Source: Azolla caroliniana
Lineage: Eukaryota; Plantae; Polypodiophyta
NCBI GenBank assembly: GCA_043228905.1
Contig: JBHGNT010000011.1
Coordinates: 7,192,001 to 7,256,000, forward strand
Reading direction: 5' to 3'
DNA: 64,000 nt
Shown in pieces: positions 1-14,140 of this stretch. Every line of letters starts with the position of its first letter. Position 1 is the first letter of the stretch. The notes below the pieces were generated by a model that was given only the letters and a program-made list of their open reading frames with translations, was not told where the DNA came from and searched no databases. The translations under genes were made by a program, and so were the position numbers.

Positions 1-435
1 TGGGACATGGAGAGTACCCAAAGGAATACACAAAATGTTTACATGGAAAACCCTAATAGGGAAAAATCACGGGAGCCCATAGACTCCGAACTATCACTAT
101 GAAGAGAAGGGGTACAATCAGAGACTCGTAGGCAACGACCTCGAGCTCGGTTTCTTCGCCAGGCGACGGTTACAACAGAGTATTGCTTAGTATCTCTCTC
201 TCCCTCTTTGTCACTCTCTTCTGTACAATAGTTACAACAATATGACCACTACAACCTTAATAATTGTTTGCCCTAGGTCATATTTATACTAATATGCCTT
301 TAGGATTATTTACAAATATAGCCTCCATGGGCTTACTAAAAACATATTTACAAATATGTCTTCTACATCCGGTTCTCACCAGGTGTTCTACATCTGGTTC
401 TCAAGATCCCATCCAGAGGGACCAAAATCCCAACA
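1..435 (-). mobile_element. Ty1/copia LTR (partial, cut by window start), same family as the LTRs at 792-1357 and 5641-6184
   Basis: Shares blocks such as GGAAAACCCTAATAGGGAAAAA and ATTTACAAATATAGCCTC with the 792-1357/5641-6184 LTRs; ends in CAACA (TGTTG on minus) at 431-435. Confidence 0.8.
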
Positions 436-539
436 AATTTATTATTGTATGTTTAGTACTTATAAAGCTAATTCTAGTCGACTAATACTTCATAACTTGA
501 TTTTCCTATTACTCTAGCCTCCTACGATTTCTTCATTGA

Positions 540-791
540 CAACTAAGAACTAGTTGTATTCAAACTTTTCTACATTAAAAATATAGTTTAGTTTCCTACC
601 TAAAGAACAACTTAGTACTGACTTGCTTCAAAGCATTAATACTAATTGTCTATTCACCTATGTTTTAGAATTTTTAAATGATAACTTAGTATTATCCTAC
701 CATGTGCATTAGTACTAATTGTCTATTCACCCACGTTTAGTATTCTTAAATAACAACTTAGTACCGTTCTCCCATGTGCATCAGTACTAAG
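540..791. repeat. ~72-bp AT-rich minisatellite, left part
   Basis: Unit TAGTACTAATTGTCTATTCACCTATGTTTAGTATTCTTAAATAACAACTTAGTATTGTCCTCCCATGTGCAT recurs at ~641, 714 and 786; the array resumes after 6184. Confidence 0.85.
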
Positions 792-1367
792 TGTCAGGAA
801 CTAGCGCGGAAGTATTGCTCGGACACAACCGAGTCTCAAATGACTCTATGAAGGACCAAACACAGAAATGGGAAATAGGTATGATGAATGCATGTACACA
901 AAACAACAATAGAGAACACAAGATCTTTACGTGGAAAACCCTAATAGGGAAAAACCACGGGAGCCCACGACCTACGAACTATCACAATATGAGAGGAAAT
1001 ACAAAGTGGACACACAAAGGCAATGACCTCGTGCTCGCGATCTTCGCCAAACGGCGGTTACAACAGAAAGTGCTCGTAGCTACTCTCTCGCTCTCTCGCT
1101 CTCTCCCTCTCTCTACAACACCACAGTAAAGTGATTGCCCTAAGTCATATTTATACTTATATGACTTTTAGGCTATTTACAAAGATAGCCTCAATGGGCT
1201 TACTCTAACATATTTACAAATATGTCCTTGGATCCGGTTTGCTCCGGATCCATCAGGATTCACTGGTCCCGGTTTCCGGATCTTATCCGGAACCCTTCTT
1301 CATCCGACTCATCCAATTCTCATCCAGATCCCATCTGGAGGGACCGAGTTACCAACAAATTCCCCCT

Positions 1368-4300
1368 TCACTCCGACACGGGATTCCTCGTTAATTCGAC
1401 CCATTTCTGGCATGCGTCTAGCTTGTCTGTTGAAAGCACCTTGGTCAGCATATCCGATCCGTTCTCCTTCGTGTGGATCTTTGTCAACACAAAGTCTTGA
1501 TCTTCTACCTTCTCCCGAAGCCTAGTGATTTCTCCTCTAGGTGTGTTTGGTCCGGGAATGGTAGGCCACATTCTTCGCAAGGTGGATGACACTTTGACTA
1601 TCGCAGTAGAGACAATATTCCTCCTATCAAATCCCTAGCTCTCCAATGAAGTCCTTCATTCAGATTATCTCCTTCCCGGCTTCCACAACTGCCATGTACT
1701 CCGCTTCCATTGTTGATAGTGCAACGAACTTCTGCAGCCTCGACTGCCATGATACAACTCCCCCTGCATAAGTCATGACATATCTGGATGTAGACCGGAT
1801 GGTATCTGCATCAGCCGACATATCCGAATCCGTTAATCTGTCAAGTTGGGGTTTACCAGAGCCAAACCGGAGGCACATACTCGAGGTGCCTTTTAGATAC
1901 TGGAGTATCCACTTGACCGCGTTCCAGTGCTCTCTTCCCGGATTGCTCATGACCCGACTGACTACTCCGACAACATATGCAATATCCGGCCGGGTGCACA
2001 CCATTAAGTACATTAAGATTCCGACGACAGAGGCATATGGTATCTTCATCATATCCACCTTCTCTGCCTTTGTCCTCGGGCTTTGCTTTCCGGACAATAA
2101 GTAGTTTGCCGGGAGTGTCCATCTGACCAGTTTCGCCTCGGACATGTTGAACCTTTGGAGTACCTTTGTCATTTTCCTGTGACAACCACAACAACTTCTT
2201 CGAATGGTCCCGAATGATGTGCATTCCCAATATCTGTCTTGCCGGACCCAAGTCTTTCATTGAGAAGGTCTGGTTCAGAGCCTTCTTCAACATCCGTATC
2301 TTGACTTGGTCTCGTCCGACGATCATCATATCATCCACATAAAGGAAGAGTATGAGGAAATCTCCTCTGTTGAATTTCTTCACAAACACGCAGTGATCAA
2401 CCTGCGTTTTGTGGTACCCTTGGTCGGTCATGAAGGAGTCAAACTTCTAGTACCATTGCCGGGGGGCTTGCTTTAATCCGTATAAGCTCTTCTTTAGCCA
2501 ACATACCAGGTGCTCCTTCCCTTTCCTCTCGAATCCTTCCGGTTGATGCATGTAGATCTCTTCTTCGAGGTCGCCATGTAGGAATGTTGTCTTGACGTCT
2601 AGTTGCTCTACCTCGAGGTCCATGCCTACCGCTATGTTCAATACTGTCCGGATGGATGTCATCTTTACTACTGGGGCAAAGATCTCATCGAAATCCACAC
2701 CTTTCTTCTACTGGAAATCCTTCACCACGATCCAGGCTTTGTACCTTGATGCATTTCCGGCGTCTCCCGGTTTCAGCTTGTACACCCACTTGTTTCGGAG
2801 TGCCCTCTTTCCTTTCGGCAACTCCGTTAGTTCGTATGTGTGGTTCTCATGCAGGGAATCCATCTCGTTCTGCATGGCACTCAACCACTTGCGGTTGTGG
2901 GTGTCTTTCTTTGCTTCTTCGAAGCTTTCCAGCTCCCCTCATCGGTCAACAATACGTGCTCTACATCCGGAAATCTCTGGGGGGCTCTTCTCTCTTTGAG
3001 AGGGTATCTTCGTCTTTGGTTTTCGGCAACCGGTTCTTCCATCTGTTCCTCATCCTCATCCGTTTTGGGGTCTTCTTCGGTTCTGGTTTCAGCTTCCTCT
3101 TCTTCTTCTTCTTCGGTCGGTTTGGTTTCTGATATGAAGCCGACCGGTTCTTTGAGTGTCATCCGGCTTCCGGCCGGATGGGTCCTCAGCCCCTTCAGCT
3201 GATCTTTGCCTACCGACCTGGAATTCATTATCTTTTTCTCAGACTCCCAGTCGGCAATGGTCTTATACTCCATGAAGATAATGTCCCGACTCCGGAAAAC
3301 CTTTTTGTCGACTAGATCCCACAACTGGTAACCGAACTCATCATTGCCGTATCCGATGAATATGCATGGCCTGGACTTTGGATGCAGGTTTGCTCTCTTG
3401 TCCTTCAGATGCTAGTAAGACAAGTCTTTACTAGTGCATACCCTCTGTGGTGTGTCTCCGTCCAAGGGTGGTTAGGGTGATCTGTTTATCACGTAGGTCG
3501 CTGTCATCAACGCCTCAACCCAAAATGTCTTGGGTAGCTTGTTAACTCTTCGGGCCGGACAATGGCCTAACACATGGTGTCTACGGGAGACACTTCACCA
3601 AAGGGTGTTACGGCAACCGGATTAGACTTCAACGCTTAATCCTACTTGGTTAAGTTACTTATTATGATCGTCTTTCATAACACACGCGTAAGATATAACA
3701 ATTAAGACAGAACGACAATTAACACAGAAAGATAACAACACTTAAGCTTTCATTAATTAACCGCTAACTATTACATTGTATCCAGGCCTTTAAATAGGTT
3801 TCCGGTCTGTATTACAAAAGGGTGCCATCCGCACCTGTTCGGGATCGGTCCGGATCCGGAACGGCATACCGTTTCCGGTCCGTCCGTCCACACTCATAGC
3901 TTAATTACAACCACATTCCTACTACTTAATTAGCTCTCCGTTTCCCACTCTGGACTCCTTTGCCGGCCGGTAACATAGCTTGGCATGTGCTAGCATGCTT
4001 CGGACTCTAACCATTATGATCCGGTTCATCCGCTTGGCCAGCCCGTTCAATTCCGGCGTCTTCGGCACGGTGAATTTGAGCTAGATTCCCTTCGACCGGC
4101 AGTACTCCTCAAACTGCCCCCGAAATTCTCCTTCGTTATCTACTCGAACTGCTTTCAGCTTCTGGCCGGTTTCTCTTTCTAATCTTGTGTGGAGCTCCCT
4201 GAAGATAGACAACACCTGATCCTTTGTCTTCAGCGGCGAGACCCACAACTTCCGGCTGTGGTTGTTTATGAATGTCACGAAGTACTGCGATCCGGCATGT

Positions 4301-5610
4301 GACTTCGTGTCGACTTGACACACATCGGTATGTGCCTGTTCCAGTGAGTCATTCCATCTCATTGGTGGTCTTGACCGGAAGGAGGTTTGGTTTTGCTTGC
4401 CGTCCAAGCAATCAATGGACTTCTCAAGTTGCACGTCCTTCACCAGAATGAGATTGTCTTTGGCAAGTCTCCTCATCCCCTTCTGGCTCATATGGCAGAA
4501 CCTCTTGTGCCACAACTCACTGGCAATGTCAGATGCTACGTTCACTTCTTCCTAGCATATCCGGGCCTGCATTAGGTACAATGTGTCGAACTTTGGGGCT
4601 CGAGCCACAATTAAGTTTCCCTTGCTAAACTTCATCACTCCGTTCCGGATGCTACCCGTGTAGCCTTCATCATCTAGCCGACCGACTGATATCAGGTTCA
4701 ACCGAACCTCCAGAACATGTCAAACATCCTTCAACAACAACTTGCATTCGGTTGATGTCGTCAACAACATATCTCCTATGCTGATGATTCGGCATGTCCC
4801 TTCATTCCCCATCCGGACACAAGCATGATCTCCGACTGTGTAGGATGAGAAGCACCTCTCCGGAAATGCCAACAGTTCTTCTGGAAGTGTCCCGGCTTCC
4901 CATAGTAGAAGGAAGTAGGCCTCCCCCCTGACTTCGACCTCGTCCCCGATTTGTCCCAGTTTTGGGGACTCCGATACTGGCCTCTTCCCCAGTTGTGGTC
5001 ATCTTCCGTAACCAAGGCCTTCGGATCGGTTCCGGACTCTCGGTCATTTCGGCAAGCTTCTTCATCTAGAAATCTTGATTTTACCCTTGCTAGTGACAAC
5101 TGCTTTCCTTCCGGCCCGACATTGCCGAACGTGACAACTAATGTCTCCCAACTATCCGGGAGGGAACCAAGCGGGAGCAATGCGAGTACCTCATCCACGA
5201 GAGGTACTTCCAATGAGGTGGCTTGGTGTATTAGCCCCTGGAAGGCATTCATATGCTCCGCCATACTGGATCCGTCTTGGTACCAGAGCCTCACTAACTT
5301 CCGGAATACCGAAACCTGATTAACAACATTTTTGTTCTGGAACATGATGCTAATCTTCTCCTAGAGTTCATGAGCCTTACTTTCTTCATTGAAGTTGTTG
5401 TACAGGCTCATGTCGATGAAGCACTGGATGTATGCCGTCGTCTTCATGTACTTCACCCCCCTTTTGCGGCATCGATCTTATCCGGTTTCTTGTCCCCGAA
5501 CTATACCAGCAACGAAAGATCTTTAACCACCAACATGTCCCTCATCTTCGACTTCCACACTGAGTAGTTGGAGCCGGTGAGCTTGAACATGCCGCTGAAT
5601 GACTCTTCCA
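1368..5610 (-). pseudogene. copia gag-pol, broken by stops, frameshifts, a deletion over the protease site and a solo LTR
   Basis: Gag (4776-5345), GAG-pre-integrase/INT (LWHKR, 4081-4545), RT (QLDVKTTFLHG, SLYGLKQAPRQWY, LYVDDM), RNaseH (SWQSRLQ..VALST.EAEY). Confidence 0.9.
3540..3975 (-). mobile_element. Solo LTR of the gypsy family seen at 34638-35072, inserted in the copia integrase
   Basis: TGTTAAC...TAACA ends, 5-bp TSD TAGCT (3535-3539, 3976-3980); its reverse complement aligns along the length of 34638-35072. Confidence 0.92.
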
Positions 5611-6184
5611 TTTCCTATGTTGTTCGCTATGATACCAGTTTGTCAGGAACTAGCGTGGAAGTATTGCTCGGCCACAACCGAGTCTCAAATCACTCTATGA
5701 AGGACCAAACGCAGAAATGGGAAATATGTATTATGAATGCACGTACACAAAACAACGATAGAGAACACATGATGTTTACGTGGAAAACCCTAATCGGGAA
5801 AAACCATGGGAGCCCACGGCCTGCGAACTATCACAATATGAGAGGAAATACAAAGTGGAAACATAGAGGCAACGACCTCGTGCTCGCGATCTTCGCCAAA
5901 CGGCGGTTACAACAGAAAGTGCTCGTAGCTACTCTCTTGCTCTCTCCCTCTCTCCCTCTCTCTACAACACCACAGTAAAGTGATTGCCCTAAGTCATATT
6001 TATACTTATATGACTTTTAGGCTATTTACAAATATAGCCTCAATGGGCTTACTCTAACATATTTACAAATATGTCCTTGGAACCGGTTTCCGGATCTTAT
6101 CCAGAACACTTCCGAATCCGGCTTCTTTATCCGACTCGTCCGATTGTCATCGAGATCCCATCCGGAGGGTTTAAATTCCCAACA

Positions 6185-6660
6185 CTAAGTGTCTATTCAT
6201 CCATTTTTAGTATTCTTAAATACAAACTTAGCACTATCCTCCCATGCACATCTGTACTAATTGTCTATTCACCTATATTTAGTATTTTTAAAAAACAACT
6301 TAGTATTGTCCTTTCATTGCAGAAGTACTAAGTGTCTATTCACCTATGTTCAATATTCTTAACAACTTAGTATTGTGCTCCCATGTGCATCTGTGCTAAT
6401 CATCGATTCGCCTATGTTTAGTATTCTTATATAACAACTTAGTATTATCCTTCCATGTGCATTAGTACTAATTGTATGTTCACTAATGTTTAGTATTTTC
6501 AAATAACACCTTAGTATTGTCCTCCCATGTGCATCAATACTAATTGTCTATTCACCTATTATTAGTATTCTTAAATAACAACTTAGTCCTACATTTGTCT
6601 AATCTCCCAATGTCGTAGTACTATTACTCCATGTTTACCTATGTTTAGTAATTCAAGAAG
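6185..6660. repeat. ~72-bp minisatellite, right part (about 6 units)
   Basis: Same unit as 540-791; continues in register after the TSD. Confidence 0.88.
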
Positions 6661-6748
6661 TACTATCAACATTATTTTGTGCTCAAGTTAGTAGTCAAAA
6701 TGTAGTCTATCTAATGTGTATGGGATACTTGTTTCTCAACATTTTTAG

Positions 6749-7618
6749 GTACGTTTCATTTACCAACATTAGGACGGAATGGAACTACTTCATGTTTGGA
6801 CATGGAAAGGGAGAGCATGATGGCACAGGGGCTGTGATCAAGCGCGATCTTACAAGTGAGTAGTTGGATAATAAAGGTGCTAAGTTACAAAATGCACATG
6901 ATGTTGTAGAATGGTTGACATGGAAGATGTCAGATGATGGTAATAATAGATTGTTTATTGAGGTCTATGTTAATGAGGTGGATAAAATTAAAGGATATGG
7001 TTGTAAAATCATGAAAGGGACACCCAAAACCCAATGTGTTTTAGGGTTTAGTTACAAGGACACTATTATGTAGTTTATCATGCTTTTGTTCCATATATAT
7101 AGATGAAACTTGGGATGAATGCATCAATCTATCAATCGTGGAGGCATGGAAGCTGTAGAAGCTTGAGATTGAACGACATTATGATATTCAAAATAATAAA
7201 CATGTGGATAATATGTATATTACAAACAATGTTAAGACTTCACACTTTTATTGGAAGTTGGAGATCATTTTGTGGTGCTCAAATCTCATAAAAATGAAGA
7301 CGGTGAAGACTATTACATTGCGGTATGCAAGCAAGCGACCACAATATTAAAAGAATTGGTGAGAGATGGTTTGGGCACATGTTTAACATTGGTGAGTTAG
7401 TTGTCTATGGCAACTATTATGCAAAGTTGCTACAATGCAAGAACACATGCATTATTAAAAGATATACTCACCGTGATAATCTATGCCAATGCGCTATCAC
7501 AATCAAGTTCAACATGACTCAAGCAAAACACAAGGTTAAGGGATACAACACTATCTACAAAGTCCCTCCAGAGGTACATGAAGACATATTGGGGGAGGTC
7601 TCTCTTTTCAATACTTAA
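6749..7618 (+). pseudogene. 3' exon of a degenerate Sola2-like (HGKGxxDGxG) DDD transposase
   Basis: After a TTTTTAG acceptor (6748) it reads ...EWNYFMFGHGKGEHDGTGAVIKRDLTSE*LDNKGAKLQNAHDVVEWL, later SCFCS..DETWDECINLSIVEAW; contains stops and frameshifts. Confidence 0.7.
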
Positions 7619-7699
7619 AAGCTTTACAACTTGTAGAATAGATATATATTGTCTTATCTTGATATGTATCTTCGGTAATATTCACGAATAGATATATAT

Positions 7700-8485
7700 C
7701 CTCTTTGGTAATATTGAGTGCAAAAAGTATTTGGTAATGTTGTCCTCCCAAAGTGTAATTGGTAAATTATAGTAATGTTAAGTGTTTTTCAATATTGAGT
7801 GAAAAGATATCTAGAAAGAGAATAGGAAAGAGATCAGAATCTATTTATCCAATATTGAGTGGAAAGAGATCATGGTAACATTGAGTCCAAAGTGTATTTG
7901 ACGATATTGTCCTCCCAAAGTGTATCTGGTAAATTATAATGTTAAGTGTTTTTCAATATTGAGTGGAAAGAGATATGAAACAAGAACTGGAAAAAGATCA
8001 GAATATATTTGTTCAATATTGAGTAGAAAGAGATCATGGTAACATTGAGTCCAAAGTGGATTTGGTAATATTGTCCTCCCAAAGTGTATTTGGTACATTA
8101 TATTGTTAAGTGTTTTTCAATATTGAGTGGAAAGAGATCAAGGTAATATTGAGTCGTGTGTGTATTTGGCAATATTGTCCTCCCAAAGTATATCTTGTAA
8201 ATTATTGTGTTAAATGTTTTTCAATATCGAGTGGAAAGAGATATGGAAATATATTTGAATATATCTAGTCAATATTGAGTGGAAAGACATCATGGTAATA
8301 TTGAGTCGCCTGTGTATTTTGCAATATTGTCCTCCCAAACTGTACCTAGTAAATTATAGTGTTAGTGTTTTCAAATATTGAGTGGAAAGAGATCTGAATA
8401 TACCTGGCCAATGTTGAGTGGAAAGAGATCATAGTACTATTGAGTGCTAATTGAGCTTGGTTACTTAGGGATATTGAGTGCAAAA
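7700..8485. repeat. Complex tandem array of ATATTGAGTGGAAAGAGAT / ATATTGTCCTCCCAAAGTGTA motifs
   Basis: More than 10 copies of the first motif and 5 of the second, in higher-order units, directly 3' of the transposase relic. Confidence 0.85.
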
Positions 8486-8799
8486 TACTGAGTGGACAAG
8501 CTCAACATGATCTTGATCGGTTGAATAAGCCAAGAGTCGGATTGATGTCCGGATCTGGTAGGCCGTTAGAGGCCTACGATCCTAGCCTATTCTTAGGAGT
8601 TAGTGTCAATCGCCCCAAGGGCTCCACTATATATAAAGAGGTTATATCACGTGTGTTCATGACACCTTTTATAAACCCCTTATACGTATGTTTTTTTTTA
8701 CTATTTTAGATACCCTTCTATAAAAATACGGTTAATAAAAATACCCCTTAGTGCCAAAAGATATTTTGACAACAACTCATTTTAAATGCCCTTACATAG

Positions 8800-9025
8800 A
8801 AGACACATGTATGTTTTATACATGTGTGTATGTATGTATTATATTGTATTGCATATGTTGTATATATTTATGTATGTATGTGTTATGTGTGTGTTCATAT
8901 GTATGTATTGCATTGCATGCATGTATTGTATTCCATGTTTATTTATGTATGTATTATATTGTATGTGTGGTATATCTTAGTTGTATAACATGTGTGTATG
9001 TATCTATGTGTTATGTGTGTATGTA
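8800..9025. repeat. (TATG/TGTA)-rich low-complexity tract
   Basis: Composition seen directly. Confidence 0.9.
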
Positions 9026-9377
9026 GAGGGGCTCGTGTCTATTTGCACCTAAATCATAGATATTATTTTACTAATAAAGACTCAAGAGTTCATTATTTGG
9101 TTTGATAGTTATTGTATATTTAAACTTCATGAAATTTCATCAAGAATCATCATGAATACCCCATCACTACAAGAAGTTCCTTCAAATGCTCAATAACTTC
9201 TCACATCACAACATTATCTAATGAGGAAGAGATTAATATATGACCGATTCAATATGTGAAGCTTATCAAGCATATATGTGCTACATGGGTCAAGACACAT
9301 TTGACATACATATCAATCACACTATCGGCCGCCCCTCCACCACCAATGATTACTTGCAAGACCGATCCAAAAGCGCC

Positions 9378-9380
<3 letters not shown>

Positions 9381-9472
<92 letters not shown>
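9381..9472. repeat. (AG)n microsatellite, about 46 units
   Basis: Perfect dinucleotide run, just 3' (minus strand) of the LINE ORF. Confidence 0.98.
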
Positions 9473-9476
<4 letters not shown>

Positions 9477-9571
9477 AGAATTAGAATTTTTATCGTCCAT
9501 AAAGAGATAGATAGATTATATTATCGTCTTCGGAGGTCAAATATGACCTATGAGACCAAAAATATTACATT

Positions 9572-11690
9572 TCACGTGATACGTGTGAAGGTGAGTAGCA
9601 ACTTTCGATGTTCAAGAACTTTACCAATGAATGTTGCAATTGAGAGTGCACATCGTGGTTGTGAGAGAAATTCATGCAAGGATTGGGCTCTATCGAAGAG
9701 ATGTGGAAAGCATGATCGAATATGATCAAAGGCAGAGCATTGTATCAAAGTGTGATACTCAGACTCTCGAACTTGTTTAGGGCAAAGTGTGCATAGTCGG
9801 CCACTCTCATCACTTGTGCCCCAACGCCCCATCTCACATCTCAATGTGTGCGAGCTAAGTTGCATGGAAGCAATGGTTAGAATGGCAGATATCGGAATGG
9901 GCTCTAACATGTATCGATGTGTACAGCTTCCCCGTTCCGTGAAGAATATGGTTTTGTAGTTAGGTGCAACATTTGTAGTATAATGTGTGAAGCGTGAGCC
10001 ACCACATTTGTCCCATGTCATGATACATTGGCATTGCAAAAAGGCCTCATTTACAAAGGAATCTAGTGACACATCATGAAGCAAGTGTCTTGCATCCCAT
10101 CTACCAAACCATTTTTCTAAATCTTGCATCCAACCAGAACACAAAATTTTGCTTTTATGCATCTTTTGGATCTTTTTGCTTGCTTCACAAGCAATTCTAG
10201 GAAGTCGATGTGAGGGGCTTTTTTGAACGTTAAGCATGTATTCAACAACCCTTTCCATGGCCATGATCTCAATGGGAAGCGATCCCGTCTCAAGGAGGAG
10301 GGTGTAGGGCGTTTGTTTCTTAACTTGTAGAAACTTTGTAAGAAAATGTTTTTGGACATTTTCAAACTCTTTCCACGTAGATTTAGGGATGCTACCGCCC
10401 CATACTTCCACCCCATAGAGAAGAACCGGGGTCACCAAAGTGTCAAAAAGATATTTCTTGAGAACCTAACACTTAATATCTCCAAGATTGCATGTGTTCT
10501 CAAATGCATAATATGCTCGCTTACCCGCCTCTAAGCGGCATGTAGCACATTCATTCCATTTATGATTTGAAGGAACTTCAAGGCCGAGATATTTGAAGCT
10601 TTCTACACATTCAAGTGGCTCATTGTTGTACATAATGCATGGTTGATCTCTTTTTTAACTCTTCACAAGCATAATCTTTGTTTTAGAGCTATTGACACTT
10701 AATCTAGTATGCATGCAAATTTTTTCCAATGCCTTCATAAGCTTTTGTGCATCTCCTGAAGTATATGCAAAAAGCACTACATCATCCGCATATAACAAAA
10801 GCATAATCATAACATTCCCAATGTCAACTTCTTCAACACATTCTTCCTTTACAAACTTAGTAACCATTTCTTCTAATTCATCAATGCATAGACCAAATAA
10901 TGTGGGTGAGAGTGGGCATCCTTGCTTAGCACCAATAGTGCTATTGAAAAAATCGGAAAGTCTATCTCTCATACACACACAACATATAACCTTCTCATAT
11001 ATTCGGGAAATTGCAAGCATATATTCACTTGGCACCTCAAGTTCTTCTATCCGTCTCCAAAGATGCTCACGAGGTACCATATCAAAAGCTTTCTTGAAGT
11101 CTACAAAGCAACAATATAAACCTTTACCTCTAAGGCGACTTTCCTCCATTAATACTCAAAGAGTGACAAGATGATCAATGGTGCTATGGTGTTTTCGAAA
11201 ATCAACTTGTTCATAAGCTCTCTTGCCATTTTTTTCTACCCATACACTTATCTTTGATTCCATTATACATCCAAATAGTTTTGCCATTAATGATCCAGCC
11301 ATGATGGTTTGATAGTTGTTTACATTATTTACATCTCTGCCTTTATGTAAAGGTTTGATCCAATTTGTAGTTCAATCGTATGGCATACCATGTTGCAATG
11401 CATCATTAAACATATCACATATCCATATATGTGCTCCTTTCCCGTCCATTGGAGCATTTTAGCTTTTATACATTGAAGATCGCTTGCCTTTCGAGAGGCC
11501 AATTTCTTAAGTCCTATGCATATATCTTCAATTGTAAAGAAGGGAGACATATGTGAAAGAGAACCATAACACATCATCTTTTTGGCAAGACATAACTCAT
11601 ATAAATTCTTACAATGCATAGACAAGTCATGACGACACAACATGCATACATTTGAGATCAATACATAAATTCCTATGATCGGATTCCGGT
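9572..11690 (-). mobile_element. 5'-truncated non-LTR retrotransposon (LINE, RTE/RTE-X-like) ORF2 relic
   Basis: RT motifs CFVDFKKAFDMV, QGCPLSPTLF, LLYADD; C-terminal LSSHTLRCEMGRW...RLCTLC...ESEYHTLIQC zinc knuckle; no endonuclease domain; frameshifted. Confidence 0.88.
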
Positions 11691-11699
11691 GTCCATTCC

Positions 11700-14140
11700 G
11701 GTGTTGCATGTGTTGTATGTATGGCATGTGACTATGTATAATGTATCTATGTGTTATGTGTGTGTATGTTCTATATAGGTGCATATGTATGTATTGTATC
11801 TATGGCATGTGTCCATGCACGTATGTGTTATATGTGTGTATGTATGTATGTGTGTACGTATGTATGTGCTATATGTGTGTGTATTCTATATTTCTATGTA
11901 TGTATGTATGTATTATGTACATTGTATATATATCATGTGTCTATGTATGTATGTGTTATATGTGTGTGTGTATTTTCTATTGATGTACATATGTATGTAT
12001 TGTATTGCATGTGTATATATGTATGTGTGTGTATGTACATATTGTATTGTATTGCATGTGTTGAATGTATAGTATGTATGGCATGTGTGTGTATATATAT
12101 TCTTTACATGTCCATATGTATGTATTGTATGTATGGCACGTGTGTATGTGTATATGTGTTATGTGTGTCTATTCATGCATACAATACAATATATACACAC
12201 ATACATACAACACACATCACATACATATATACACATAAGCATGCATGTATGTGTATATGTATGTACATATTGTATTGTATGTATGCATGCATGTATGTAT
12301 GTACATGTATGGATGTAAGTTGGTAACATTTATACAACTATCATTATAGGCATGCGTACCTATATACGTGTAGCAATGTATGAATGAATATATGTATGTC
12401 CATGTACGAATGCATATGTGTGTATACATGTAATATGTAATGTATTCATGTATGTATATTTTCGGTGTATTTATCATGTTTAGTATGTGTATGGCTCATA
12501 TATTGATGTATGTTTGCAATATCACATAATATGCATGCATATACCCAATGTATGTGTAAGCATATGTATATCTAATGTGTGTTTGTATTGTAACATGTAT
12601 GACCCTGTATGACCTATATATATAGTGATATGTGGAACATGTATGTATGTACCTGTATGCATATATGCATGTGTCAATGCACATGATTTAATGTGTATGG
12701 ATGTGGGTTTATAATATGTGCATAATATATATGCATATATCTAATGTATGTATGTGTATGCATATATGTACTATTATAGTGTGTATGACCATGTGTGTGT
12801 CTATGTTCGTGTATGTGGTGATATGTATGTACATATGTAATGTATGCATGTATGTATGTGTATGGATGTATGTTTGTAAAATTTGTATATGTAACATTGT
12901 AGGCATATGTACGTATATATGTGTAGCAATCTATGAATGAATATATGTATGTACATGTATGAATGTGCGTATGTGTATATATGTAATGTATTATTTTTGG
13001 GATATTTTCATGTCTAGTATGTGAATGGATCGTATATGGATTTATGTTTTCAATATGTATGTAATATGCAATCATATATCCGTTGTGTGTATGTAAGTAC
13101 GTATATATGTGTAGCAATCTATGAATGAATACATGTATGTACATGTATGAATGTATGCATGTGTATATATGTAATGTATTATTTTTGGGATATTTTTATG
13201 TCTAGTATGTGTATGGATAGTATATGGATTTATGTTTTCAATATGTATGTAATATGCAGTCATATATCCGATGTGTGTGTATGTAAGTACGTATATATGT
13301 GTAGCAATCTATGAATGAATATATGTATGTACATGTATGAATGTACGTATGTGTATATATTTAATGTATTTATGTATGTATATTTTTGGGATATTTTTAT
13401 GTCTAGTATGTGTATGGATAGTATATGGATTTATGTTTTCAATATGTACGTAATATGCAGTCATATATCCGATGTGTGTGTATGTATGTACGTAATATGC
13501 AGTCATATATCCGATGTGTATGTATGTATCCTATATATGTGTAGTAATCTATGAATGAATATATGTACGTACATGTGTATATATGTAATGTATTTATGTA
13601 TGTATATTTTTGGGATATTTTCATGTCTAGTATGTGTATGGATCATATATGGATTTATGTTTTCAATATGTACGTAATATGCAATCATATATCCAATGTG
13701 TGTGTATGTATGTATGTATGTATATATGTAAGTATTGTAGGTTGTATGGTTCCATATAACCTATATATATGTATGGCGATATGTGGAATATGTATGTACA
13801 TATGTAATATATATATATGTAATGTAGTGTATGTAAATTTGTATATTGTGTAATATGAATGGATTATATGATATGTAATATGTAAATTTTATGCATGTAT
13901 TAATATCTGTCAATACATATGGCTTATTACAATATGTATGTAGCATGTATGCATTTACATATTTGTATTTATGTATGTGTATGTACATATCTACATATGA
14001 TAATATATATTTGTATACATATTCATGTTTCGTCAGTATGCATGTATAAATGGATGTAATGTATGTATATACATATTTATGGATGTAATGTTTAAATGTA
14101 GGTACATATATGCATGTATATGTATGTATGTATGTATGCC
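11700..14140. repeat. Long TATG/TGTA low-complexity tract with ~190-bp higher-order repeats (12900-13700)
   Basis: The block GTAGCAATCTATGAATGAATATATG...GGGATATTTT..TGTCTAGTATGTG..TGGAT occurs about 4 times. Confidence 0.9.

Larger units (their letters stand above)
792..6184 (-). mobile_element. Full-length but degenerate Ty1/copia LTR retrotransposon
   Basis: LTRs 792-1357 and 5641-6184 (TG...CA); 5-bp TSD CTAAG (787-791, 6185-6189); tRNA-iMet PBS TGGTATCATAGC (5626-5637, minus); PPT next to 1357; gag-INT-RT-RNaseH order on minus. Confidence 0.95.

Noticed and set aside
9240-9725. Poly-ER / poly-LS ORFs
   Set aside because: Products of the (AG)n microsatellite.
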